Made by a program: the position numbers and the translations under genes. The notes under the pieces were generated by a model, which made no database searches, had not been told where the DNA came from, and saw only the letters and a program-made list of their open reading frames with translations. Of a stretch of 64,000 nucleotides of DNA, positions 1-8,995 are shown piece by piece. Position 1 is the first letter of the stretch; each line of letters starts with the position of its first letter. Source of the stretch: Candidatus Latescibacterota bacterium (lineage in GTDB: Bacteria; Latescibacterota; UBA2968; UBA8231); NCBI GenBank assembly GCA_965217585.1, contig OZ244561.1, positions 3,296,001-3,360,000 of the forward strand, in the 5' to 3' direction.

Positions 1-691
1 TGATCCAGGCGGTTACCGGCGTGGGGTCTGACCAGTCTAGCGTATCGATACGCACGAAGCGGCCGTGGGCTTTGTCTTGGGGGCTCAAGGCGACCGTCCG
101 GTTGGATTTGAGGGCGACGATAAAGTGTTTCTTCAGGTCTTGGCGGATAAACAACAGGTTTTCCTTGGCCGCAAACCAACTATCGGCCAAGACATAGCGG
201 TAGCTCAAGCGATTCTGTTGGCAGGTGCGTAGCATCTGCCGCAGCAACTGATTTTTGGTCACCTCGCTTTTGCGTTTGACTCGCCGCGTTTGCCGATCGC
301 AAAACAGGATCGGTTTACGCACTAACTCATAGGCCACCGGCACACTGACATCGCCGGCCTGATAGATACAATTGAGCAGATTCAAGCCTTTGACGGAGCG
401 GTTCTTACTATGATCGAAGTGCCAACAGATCAACTCATTTTCATCCGTGTGCGGCTTTTCCTGAATCGTATCATCGAAAATGAGCACCCCGTCTTCACGC
501 TCGATGGTGCGCACCACGGATTTGACTTGATGCCAGAGCTCTTTCGACGTGTAGTCGGCTTGGGACAAAAACCGCGTCACTTGGTCGTGGCTGATTTGGC
601 CATCTAACAAAGACGAAAGGCCGGTGGCGGTCGTCGCGCCAAAAGAACTCAACAGATAGTCACTATAGAGGTCTAACAGTTTTTTATCCAT
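1..691 (-). CDS. IS701-family DDE transposase, 3' part outside window
   Basis: Hand translation from ATG at 691: MDKKLLDLYSDYLLSSFGATTATGLS...SHDQVTRFL...LIFDDTIQEKPHTDENELICWHFDH...YVLADSWF; not in the ORF track because it is open-ended. Confidence 0.85.
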   Translation of the reverse strand, partial: MDKKLLDLYSDYLLSSFGATTATGLSSLLDGQISHDQVTRFLSQADYTSKELWHQVKSVVRTIEREDGVLIFDDTIQEKPHTDENELICWHFDHSKNRSVKGLNLLNCIYQAGDVSVPVAYELVRKPILFCDRQTRRVKRKSEVTKNQLLRQMLRTCQQNRLSYRYVLADSWFAAKENLLFIRQDLKKHFIVALKSNRTVALSPQDKAHGRFVRIDTLDWSDPTPVTAWI

Positions 692-734
692 GACAGAAAA
701 GATAAACCAAAGCCTAGCGGCTGCGTAACATCAC
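1..734 (-). mobile_element. IS701-family (ISAba11-like) insertion sequence, partial (runs off window start)
   Basis: Minus-strand transposase ORF preceded by an end-like sequence GTGATGTTACGCAG (revcomp of 721-734) abutting CTAA; other end outside window. Confidence 0.7.
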
Positions 735-780
735 TTAGGTTATTGCAATCTGATCTACGTATGCCTCTTATGTGACCGCA

Positions 781-1340
781 ATGGAGAAGCTGACGAAACG
801 CCTGCTCCTGAGGGAGTTTACCAAACAAGACGTGGACTCCATCGCCGAGTTTAGGAAGGACCCAAGGTATCTGGAATACTACTACCGGCCCGCCTACACT
901 AGAGAGGAGTGCGCCCGCTTTGTAGACAAGTGCATCGCATGGTCCAAGGAAAGTCAGAGATGAAGTTCCAGCTAGCCATCACGGACCGCTCTAATGGGGT
1001 ATTACTCGGAGACTGCGGAGTACGCACAGAAAGCATTGAGAGCCGGCGGGGTGACATAGGCTACGAGTTGTCGCCCGTTTATTGGGGGCAGGGCTTTGCG
1101 TCGGAGGCGGTCCGGGTCATCTTGCAGGTAGGTTTTGGAGATTTGGAGCTAGACGAGATTGAAGCCAGATGCGTTGTTGCAAACAAACGGTCTGTCCGGC
1201 TTCTCCACCGGCTAGGTTTCGAGGAGACCGAGCGCATACCGCCCGGACCGGATAGAGGCGGATTTGCAGACCGCATATTGCCCGAGCGGTCTGTATTTCT
1301 CTTGTATCGGGACAAATGGGTCCACAGCTTATCTGCTTGA
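781..1340 (+). pseudogene. RimJ/RimL-type GNAT acetyltransferase, frameshifted near 955 and IS-clipped at the 3' end
   Basis: ORF 772-963 has the N-terminal TKRLLLREF motif; ORF 909-1340 has DIGYELSPVYWGQGFASEA and NKRSVRLLHRLGF in another frame. Confidence 0.8.
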
Positions 1341-2635
1341 ATTCGACAGGTAGGTTGATATTTAGGCTCGAACAGGCATCGGAGTCTCCCTATTTTGGGA
1401 TAGCTTGATTCACCGCCATGGATCATCTACCCCAGGGAAACTCCGATGCTGAACCTGACTCGCTTGCCTGTGAACCTTCGTTATTTTTTGCGTGGGACTC
1501 AACATTTTTTTCGTCATCGCCATCATCTGGTGTTCTGTTGGAGTATGACGCTGTTGTTAATCTATCAAGATAAAGCGACGCTGTGTGGTTTAGCCCGCTT
1601 GGGGCCTAACCATATAGCGGAATGGCACTTACGTCGCTTGCTGAGTGCGACCTACTGGAGTTGGCGGTTGCTGTTGGGGTACTTGGTTGATGCGGTGATC
1701 GCCGGGCTGCCACCGGCGGAAGACGGTCGGGTGTTGGTGATCGTCGACGGGACCTACAAAGCCAAGGTGGCCAAGAAACATCCGTTGGTGCGCAAAGCCC
1801 GCGCCGATGGCTATAGTCCCTTTCTGTGGGGGTTTGAAGTGATCCTGGTCATGCTGCAGTGGGGCAATTATCGAATCCCTATCGATTTCGAGTTGGTTCG
1901 GCGTAAAGAAGACCCGGCCTATCAGAAGCCCAATGTGTTGTTTCGTCAGATGCTGACCGCCTTGGTACCACCGGCTTGGGCCCAGCAAGTGATCGTGGTC
2001 GCCGATGCCGGGTTTCCCGCTAAAGAAACGCTGCACTTGATCCAGCAACGAGGCTTCTTTTTCGTCATGAGTCTGCCCCGCACCTGGAAGTTTGAAGACG
2101 GCCATACGCTCAAAGATTGGGTCCATCATACGCGCCATACCTGTTATCGAAAAATCTGGTTTCGTCCGCACGGCTCCCGTCGGCGGGTCTATTGGGTCTA
2201 CCGCGGTCGTAAACGCCTGCGACACATCGGAGATGTCACGTTGGTCTTGAGCAAGAAACGGCGCAACGATTCGCCGAAACAAACCAAAATCCTGGTGACC
2301 AATCTACCGGACGTGACCGCAGGCCAACTCGTCGTGTTGTATACCCGCCGCTGGCACGTGGAACTGCTCATCAAAGAATTGAAAGGGGCCACCGGATTAG
2401 GACAAGCCCAGGTGACCAAGCAGACCCAACGAGTCGAACGCTCCGTCGCGTTGTCCGTTATGGCCTACTTGGTTTTGATCCATTTTCGGCAGCGGGATAT
2501 TCCCCACCAAGGACCGTGGAGTGCGTTTACCCTCAAGCGAAATTTTGCTTGGGAGTGTGCGCGAAAACAGATTGAACATAACCAAAAACGAACCTACACA
2601 AAGGCCGCCTAAGACAACTACCTGTCGAATTCAAC
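1336..2635 (+). mobile_element. IS4/IS701-like insertion sequence
   Basis: 17-bp TIR TTGAATTCGACAGGTAG (1337-1353) / CTACCTGTCGAATTCAA (2618-2634); flanking direct repeat TTATCTG at 1329-1335 and 2636-2642 (8 bp if the preceding C is counted). Confidence 0.9.
1446..2612 (+). CDS. DDE transposase (IS4 superfamily)
   Basis: 388 aa; VIVDGT, VVADAGF and YREK signature YTRRWHVELLIKELK. Confidence 0.9.
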   Translation: MLNLTRLPVNLRYFLRGTQHFFRHRHHLVFCWSMTLLLIYQDKATLCGLARLGPNHIAEWHLRRLLSATYWSWRLLLGYLVDAVIAGLPPAEDGRVLVIVDGTYKAKVAKKHPLVRKARADGYSPFLWGFEVILVMLQWGNYRIPIDFELVRRKEDPAYQKPNVLFRQMLTALVPPAWAQQVIVVADAGFPAKETLHLIQQRGFFFVMSLPRTWKFEDGHTLKDWVHHTRHTCYRKIWFRPHGSRRRVYWVYRGRKRLRHIGDVTLVLSKKRRNDSPKQTKILVTNLPDVTAGQLVVLYTRRWHVELLIKELKGATGLGQAQVTKQTQRVERSVALSVMAYLVLIHFRQRDIPHQGPWSAFTLKRNFAWECARKQIEHNQKRTYTKAA

Positions 2636-2692
2636 TTATCTGGTCTTGATGCTTAACTTAGGCACTATGATCTTTCTCACTGCAATGGAGGT

Positions 2693-3481
2693 ATGAAGCG
2701 TATGCGAATCGCCATCATCTCGGATATCCATGGAAATTCCGTGGCGTTAGAAGCTGTCTTGGACGATTTCAAAACAGAACACATGGATCGCATCGTGTGC
2801 TTGGGTGATGTCGTCTCCGGAGGTCCCCAACCAGGTGAGGTCATTGCCCATTTGAAAACGCTGAATGGTCCGGTCGTCATGGGTAACATGGATACGCGGT
2901 GTCTCAACCCATATCCAGGTGAAGGAAAGAGCAAGAACGCCAAGCGAGGAGGTGAAGTTCGATTCTGGGGTCTCCGCAAGCTATCACCTGACGATCTCGA
3001 CTACATGCGTACGTTCCAGGCAACGGTCGAGATGCCTCTCGATGCGAATACCAGTCTTCTTTGCTATCACGGTTCTCCACAATCCAATGAAGATGTAATT
3101 GCTTCAGCCACTCCAGATGAGGAAATGGAACGCATGCTGTCTGGTTATCGCGCTATGGTATTGGCTGGGGGACATACGCACACGCAGATGATTCGCTATC
3201 ATGGAGATAGCACGATAATCAATCCTGGAAGTGTTGGTGCTCCTATTCATGCGCACGAGCGCATACGCCGAGTTACGCAACGTCCATTGAGTGATCTGCA
3301 CGATAGGGAATATCCTCCCTGGGCAGAATATGGAGTTATTGCATGGGAGAATAGGAGCCTTCGTATCGAGTTGCGCCGCGTGCCGATTGATATCGATCTG
3401 CTGGTGAAAAAAACGCACGAGAGTGGGATGCCACACGCTGATTGGTGGTTGACTTCACGGTATGGAGATTCGGTGAAATGA
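2693..3481 (+). CDS. Calcineurin-like metallophosphoesterase (YfcE-like)
   Basis: SDIHGN, LGDVV, GNMD, HGSP, GHTH, INPGSVG motifs; GGAGG RBS. Confidence 0.92.
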   Translation: MKRMRIAIISDIHGNSVALEAVLDDFKTEHMDRIVCLGDVVSGGPQPGEVIAHLKTLNGPVVMGNMDTRCLNPYPGEGKSKNAKRGGEVRFWGLRKLSPDDLDYMRTFQATVEMPLDANTSLLCYHGSPQSNEDVIASATPDEEMERMLSGYRAMVLAGGHTHTQMIRYHGDSTIINPGSVGAPIHAHERIRRVTQRPLSDLHDREYPPWAEYGVIAWENRSLRIELRRVPIDIDLLVKKTHESGMPHADWWLTSRYGDSVK

Positions 3482-3554
3482 GGATCACAGAGGAACATGG
3501 GATGGGGCTGCACTTTCGCAGTTCGATCATTAAAAGTGCAAGTGCCAACGCCCC

Positions 3555-5162
3555 TCACCCGCCCCGGCGCAGCACCTGCCCGCCCCGCGCCCCGGTCCAC
3601 GCCCCGTCTTCGAGTGTGGGCACGCCGTTGACCAGCACGTGGACCATGCCCCGGGCAGTGAGATTGGGCGCGGCGACCGTGCCCCGTTCGCGGAAAGTCT
3701 GGCCGTCGAACACCGCCAGGTCGGCCCAGGCACCCGGACGGATCGTCCCCCGGTCTTTCAGACCGAGGCGGCCGGCCGGCAGCCCGGTGAGACGGTGGAC
3801 GGCCGCCTCCGGGGACAAAAGACCCGTATCGCGCACAAAATGCCGGAAAAACCAGCCCGCCCAGGTATAGGCCCCGTGGAAGACAGCCCCCTGCAGCGGA
3901 CCGTCGGGGCACAGGGCCGTGGCGTCCGAGCCGACCATGCAGCGCGGGTGGGCGAACACCCGGCGCACCTCGTCTTCTCGGTAGCAAAAGGCCAAGATCA
4001 TCGGCTCGTGGACCCGGTCCTGCGCCGCCAGCAACAACTCGCAGATAAGGTCGACGGGCTCCAGCCCCATATCCCGGCCAATATCGGCCAGACTCTGTCC
4101 GGCCAGCTCGGGACGGGGCCCGTACTGCGACAGGAGAATCCGCTGCCAATCGCCTTGGGCCAGCCCCACCACAATACTGCGGTACGTCCCCACTCGCCGC
4201 CGCACCTCGGGATCGCGTAGCCGCGCCGCCACTGCGGCTTGGTCGCCCTCCAGCACCTCGGGCGGCAGCGCCGCGCTCAGATTCGTCGTGCCGAACAACC
4301 GCGTGTGCATATCGAAGTCCACGTCCAGCCCGGCCCGCCGCGCCCGGTCCACCTGCTTTAGGGCCCCGTCCACGGCTCGGACGCCGTCTGCGGCCAGCCG
4401 CGCCACCACCGAGATATGGGAAATCTGCAGGGCCACGCCCGCGGTTTGAGCCGTGCGGATGGCCTCGGCAATGGTCTCCTGGTCCTCGCCCGCCCGATTG
4501 CGCGTATGGGTGGCGTACAAGCCCCCGCACTCGGCCACCACGCCGCACAACTCGGCGATCTCCTCCTCGGAGCAGGCCCGCTCCGGCCCGTATTCCAGAC
4601 CCGTGGAAAAGCCAAAGGCGCCCTCCTCCAAGCTCGCCTGCAGCAGCTCTTTCATGCGCCTCAACTCATCCGGTGTGGAAGGCCGGTCCACCAGACCGGC
4701 CACGGCTAGGCGCAGCCGGCCGTTGGGCACCAGGGTCAGCACGTTGACCGCCGGCCGGCGCTCTTGCAGCCGTTCGAGGTACTGGCCCACGCTGCGCCAG
4801 TCAATGGGATAGTCGGCAGCGTACCCGTACACATTCATCCAGGCGGTGGTCGGATCGGTTAGGGGGGCGCAGCCGTGGCCGCAGTTGCCCACCACTTCGA
4901 GGGTCACCCCCTGGGCAATCGAACTCATCGCCCGAGGGTCGGCCAGCAAAGTAAAATCGGAATGACTGTGGATGTCGATAAAACCCGGCGCGACCCACAG
5001 ACCCGCGGCCTCCAGCACCCGGTCCGCGGTCCCGGGCCAGCGAGGTTCCACGTACGCAATGCGGCCGTCTTTGATCGCCACATCCGCGCTCAGGGGCGCT
5101 TTGCCCGTGCCGTCGATTACGGTGCCGCCCCTGATGAGCAGATCCGCTGGCGCCGGGCTCAT
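3555..5162 (-). CDS. N-acyl-D-amino-acid deacylase (D-aminoacylase family amidohydrolase)
   Basis: True start MSPAPADLLIRGGTVIDGTG at 5162 (ATGA overlap with upstream stop); APGFIDIHSHSD, GNCG, GFSTGLEY, GAWADLAVFD. Confidence 0.9.
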   Translation of the reverse strand: MSPAPADLLIRGGTVIDGTGKAPLSADVAIKDGRIAYVEPRWPGTADRVLEAAGLWVAPGFIDIHSHSDFTLLADPRAMSSIAQGVTLEVVGNCGHGCAPLTDPTTAWMNVYGYAADYPIDWRSVGQYLERLQERRPAVNVLTLVPNGRLRLAVAGLVDRPSTPDELRRMKELLQASLEEGAFGFSTGLEYGPERACSEEEIAELCGVVAECGGLYATHTRNRAGEDQETIAEAIRTAQTAGVALQISHISVVARLAADGVRAVDGALKQVDRARRAGLDVDFDMHTRLFGTTNLSAALPPEVLEGDQAAVAARLRDPEVRRRVGTYRSIVVGLAQGDWQRILLSQYGPRPELAGQSLADIGRDMGLEPVDLICELLLAAQDRVHEPMILAFCYREDEVRRVFAHPRCMVGSDATALCPDGPLQGAVFHGAYTWAGWFFRHFVRDTGLLSPEAAVHRLTGLPAGRLGLKDRGTIRPGAWADLAVFDGQTFRERGTVAAPNLTARGMVHVLVNGVPTLEDGAWTGARGGQVLRRGG

Positions 5163-6898
5163 GTGCTCTCGGCTGCCCGCGCCGCTGCCCGCTGCGCCCG
5201 CAGGGCGGCCGTAGCCTCGCGGTCCACGGTTAGGGACCCGTCGAGCACCACCCCGTACTGGTCCCGGGCCGCGGCGAGCGAAACCTTGTCGTTGCCCACG
5301 TCCCGGGCCACGGCCTCGGGGTCGCGCTCCAGCGGGTCGCCCCAACCGCCGCCGCCGGCCTGGCGGTGGTAGATCACTTCGCCGGCGGCCATGGTGGTGG
5401 ATATCATCGTCGGCAGGGTCTCGGCCTCGCCGGCGCGATACAGCGTATTGATCGAAGCCGTGCCGGTCCCGCCCCCGTACAGGCCGTAGGGCAGGTGGTC
5501 GCGCCGGTCCGAGCGGATGGCCAGGTGCGCCTGGCCGTCGAGCAGGCGCCACGACCGCTCGACGGCTAGACCACCGCGGAAACGGCCCGGCCCGCCGCTG
5601 TCGCCCACCAGCCCATAGCGCTCCACCCGCACCGGGTACTCGGATTCGGCCTGCTCCACGGGGATATTGCTGGCGACATTGGCCGGATTGCACAGCCCGT
5701 CGTTGCCGTCGCGGTCCGGCCGGCCGCCCCAGGTCCCCGACAGCAGCTCGTAGTACACGTAGGGCTGGCGATCGGACCGCTGCCCCCCGATAATCACCAG
5801 GGTATTGCCCCCTTCGCCGGCGGCCATGACCCGATCGGGCAGCAGTCCGGCCAGAGCCCCGAAGATCGTATCGGCCAGGCGGAAGCCGGTGATGCCGCGC
5901 ATGGACGAAGCCGCGGGCATGACTCCGTTGACCACGGTGCCGGGCGGGGCGACAATATCGAGGGGGCGGAACATGCCCGCGGTGTTGGGGATATCCTCGC
6001 GCAGCACTGACCGCACGCACAGGGCCACCACCGAAGACGTGAAGGAGAGCGTGTTGTTGATGGCCCCGCTCACCTGCGGAGCAGTGCCGGTGAAGTCGGC
6101 CCGCAGCTCGTCTCCCGCCACGGTGATTTCCACCTGCAAACGCACCGGCGGCCCTCCCACCCCGTCGCTGTCCATATAGTCGACAAAGGTGTGGCTGCCG
6201 TCGGGCCAGGAGGCGATTTCGGCCCGCACCAGTCGCTCGGTATAGTCGATCAGATCCGCGGTGCAGCGCGCAAAGGTGTCGGGGCCGTAGCGGCCGATCA
6301 ACTCGCCTATGGCCCGGGCGCCGATGTGGCAGGCCGCTAGCTGGGCCCGCAAGTCTCCAATGGTCATCTGCGGTACCCGCACATTGGCGCGGATCAGGGC
6401 GAACAGGGCCTCGTCGGCCTCGCCCCGGCGGTAGAGCTTGAGCCAGGGGATGCGCAAACCTTCCTGAAAAATCTCCGTATTGTCGCAGGCCGAACTCCCC
6501 GGCAAACGGCCGCCCAGATCGAGGTGGTGGGCCGTGCTCACGGCGAAGGCCACGCACCGGCCCTCCCAGAAGACGGGCTGGACAATGAAGATGTCCGGGA
6601 TGTGCATGCCTCCTTCAAAAGGATCGTTGAGGATGAAGACATCGCCCTCTTCCACATCGTCGCCGTACTTGGCCAGCAGGGTCTCCATGGCAAAGGGCAC
6701 CGCGCCCAAATGCAGCGGAATGGTGACGCCCTGGGCGATCATCTGGCCCTCGGCATCGCACAGGGAAGTCGAGTAGTCCAGACAGTCCCGCACAATGGTC
6801 GAATAGGCCGTGCGGTAGAGCGCCATGGCCATTTCGTCGGCCGCCGAAGCTAGGGCGTTGCGCACGATTTCGCGCGTGATCGGATCTATGGTCGCCAT
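5159..6898 (-). CDS. Hydantoinase B / 5-oxoprolinase family subunit
   Basis: DPITREIV, RTAYSTIVRDCLDYS, NDPFEGGMHIPD, HHLDLGG, GGGGWGDPLERDP. Confidence 0.93.
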   Translation of the reverse strand: MATIDPITREIVRNALASAADEMAMALYRTAYSTIVRDCLDYSTSLCDAEGQMIAQGVTIPLHLGAVPFAMETLLAKYGDDVEEGDVFILNDPFEGGMHIPDIFIVQPVFWEGRCVAFAVSTAHHLDLGGRLPGSSACDNTEIFQEGLRIPWLKLYRRGEADEALFALIRANVRVPQMTIGDLRAQLAACHIGARAIGELIGRYGPDTFARCTADLIDYTERLVRAEIASWPDGSHTFVDYMDSDGVGGPPVRLQVEITVAGDELRADFTGTAPQVSGAINNTLSFTSSVVALCVRSVLREDIPNTAGMFRPLDIVAPPGTVVNGVMPAASSMRGITGFRLADTIFGALAGLLPDRVMAAGEGGNTLVIIGGQRSDRQPYVYYELLSGTWGGRPDRDGNDGLCNPANVASNIPVEQAESEYPVRVERYGLVGDSGGPGRFRGGLAVERSWRLLDGQAHLAIRSDRRDHLPYGLYGGGTGTASINTLYRAGEAETLPTMISTTMAAGEVIYHRQAGGGGWGDPLERDPEAVARDVGNDKVSLAAARDQYGVVLDGSLTVDREATAALRAQRAAARAAEST

Positions 6899-6907
6899 CT
6901 TTCCTCT

Positions 6908-8995
6908 CTAGCTGGAGCGCACTTCGATGAGGAGGTGGCCCAGATCGTGCCGCCGGGCGCGCATATCCGGCGGCACTACAATGGTGGAATCGCGCTCGTC
7001 GATGAGCAGGGGTCCCTCGGCTCCCTGCTCGAGGTCCCGGCGGTCGACCAAGGGGACGGTCAAGGTCTCGCCGGCGAAATAGGCCGTCCGACTGCCCCCG
7101 CTCGCAACGGGCTGGACCGCTGTTTTTAGGCCATGGCCCAGACCGCGCACTCCGGCTTGGCCGACTAGGCGCACGGCCACCACTTCCACGGGGTTGTCCG
7201 GGTCGGAGCGATGCCCGTACAGGCGCTCGTGCTCGCGCACAAAGTCGGCGCGCAAGCGGGCCACTCCCTCCGGGGTTATAGGCCCGTCGGCTAGGTCGAT
7301 GCCGATCTCCGAGGTCTGCCCTCTAAAGCGCACGTCGGCGCTGCAGCGCAGCCCGACTTGGTCGGCTCCGAACCCCTCGGCGGCGAACTGGGCCAACTGC
7401 CGCTCCTGCATCTGGGCCCGGATCTGCTCTAGGGCCGGGGCCTGAAGATCTTCTCCCCCCAGCAGGCAACTGCGCACATCGTGGTGCTCCACCCCCGAAC
7501 ACAAAAGCCCGAGGGCGCTGAACAGACCCGGCAGCGGCGGCACCACGACCTGACCAATGGCCAGGTCCCGAGCCAGGCCCGCGGCGTGGATAGGCCCGGA
7601 CCCGCCAAAAGCCATCAGAGCGAAGTCGCGCGGATCCCGCCCCCGCTCGGTGGACACGGCCCGCAGGGCCCGCATGGTGCGGGCATTGGCAATGCGGTGG
7701 ATGCCTTCGGCCGCCTGCAGCAAATCCAGTCCGAGGGGCGCGGCAATGCGGTCGTGCACCGCCCGCTGCGCAGCCTCCGCGTCGATCGATACCTCGCCGT
7801 CGGCCAGGTCCCCGGGGCGGATATAGCCCAGCACCACATTGGCGTCGGTGAGCGTCGGCTCGAGCCCTCCCCGCTGGTAGCAGGCCGGCCCCGGCACGGC
7901 TCCGGCGCTGCGCGGCCCCACCCGCAAACCGCCGGCCTGGTCCAAAAAGGCGATGCTACCACCTCCTGCCCCCACTTCGGCGATATCGATGCTAGGCGCC
8001 CGGATCAACTCGCCCCCGCCGCCGATGAGCCGGTTGCCCGCGGACAGCGAGGCGCCCACCTCGTACTCGGGGCTGTGGGCAATGCGGCCCTCTTCGATCA
8101 TGGCCGCCTTGGCCGTGGTGCCGCCCATATCTAGGGTGATGACCTGGTCCAATCCCAACTGGCCGGCGGCGAAACTGGCGCCGAGGACCCCGGCCGCGGG
8201 ACCCGATTCGAGGGCAAAGACCGGCCGGCGGGCCGCCTCCCAGTCTGGAGCCAGCCCGCCGGTCGACTGCATGATCAGCAGCGGCGCGTCCACGCCGCGC
8301 TGCTCCAGCCCGTGGCGCAAGGCGCCCAGATAGCGCTGCACCACGGGCTGGACATAGGCGTTGACCGCGGTGGTGGCGCTGCGCTCGTACTCGCGGCGCT
8401 CGGGCAGCACTTCCGACGACAGCGACACCGGCACCCCGGGCAAGCGCTCGCGCAAATACTGTCCCAAGCGGAGTTCGTGCTGCGGAAAGGCGTACGCGTG
8501 CAGCAGGCATACGGCCACGGCCTCTACCCCCTCGGCTTCGAGTCGCTCACCGAGCTGCTCGAGTTCTCGCTCTTCGAGGGCCACCAGGACCTCGCCGTCG
8601 GCTGCCACCCGCTCGTCCACTTCGAGGCGCAGGCGGCGCTCGATTAGGGGCCGAGGTTTGTCGAAGAACAAATCGTAGAGTTGGGGGGCTCGGACGCGGC
8701 GCAGCTCCAGCACATCGCGGAAACCCCGGGTGGTGATCAGGGCCGTGCGCGCGCCCCGGTGTTCGAGCACCGCGTTGGTGGCCACTGTGGTGCCGTGCGC
8801 CACCTCGGACACGGCCCGGTCCGCAGCACTGAAGCGGGGTATGAGCTGGTCGAGGGCAGATAGCACGGCGCGCTCGAAATGGGGCGGGGTTGACGGCACT
8901 TTGTGGGTCCAGATGCCGCCCCGATCGTCGAGGGCCACCACGTCGGTGAAAGTGCCTCCGACATCGGCGCCAATGCGGATAGTAGAGCGGGTCAT
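6908..8995 (-). CDS. Hydantoinase A / oxoprolinase family ATP-binding subunit
   Basis: GADVGGTFTD, HGTTVATNAVLE, ESGPAAG, DMGGTT, GAGGGSIA, FGGSGPIHA. Confidence 0.93.
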   Translation of the reverse strand: MTRSTIRIGADVGGTFTDVVALDDRGGIWTHKVPSTPPHFERAVLSALDQLIPRFSAADRAVSEVAHGTTVATNAVLEHRGARTALITTRGFRDVLELRRVRAPQLYDLFFDKPRPLIERRLRLEVDERVAADGEVLVALEERELEQLGERLEAEGVEAVAVCLLHAYAFPQHELRLGQYLRERLPGVPVSLSSEVLPERREYERSATTAVNAYVQPVVQRYLGALRHGLEQRGVDAPLLIMQSTGGLAPDWEAARRPVFALESGPAAGVLGASFAAGQLGLDQVITLDMGGTTAKAAMIEEGRIAHSPEYEVGASLSAGNRLIGGGGELIRAPSIDIAEVGAGGGSIAFLDQAGGLRVGPRSAGAVPGPACYQRGGLEPTLTDANVVLGYIRPGDLADGEVSIDAEAAQRAVHDRIAAPLGLDLLQAAEGIHRIANARTMRALRAVSTERGRDPRDFALMAFGGSGPIHAAGLARDLAIGQVVVPPLPGLFSALGLLCSGVEHHDVRSCLLGGEDLQAPALEQIRAQMQERQLAQFAAEGFGADQVGLRCSADVRFRGQTSEIGIDLADGPITPEGVARLRADFVREHERLYGHRSDPDNPVEVVAVRLVGQAGVRGLGHGLKTAVQPVASGGSRTAYFAGETLTVPLVDRRDLEQGAEGPLLIDERDSTIVVPPDMRARRHDLGHLLIEVRSS

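Noticed and set aside
940-970. Programmed frameshift in the GNAT gene
   Set aside because: No slippery heptamer or stimulatory structure; a mutation or sequencing error is more likely
3555-6557. 1000-aa ORF suggesting a giant fusion protein
   Set aside because: The first 465 codons are an Arg/Gly/Pro-rich shadow frame over hydantoinase B; the real gene starts at 5162
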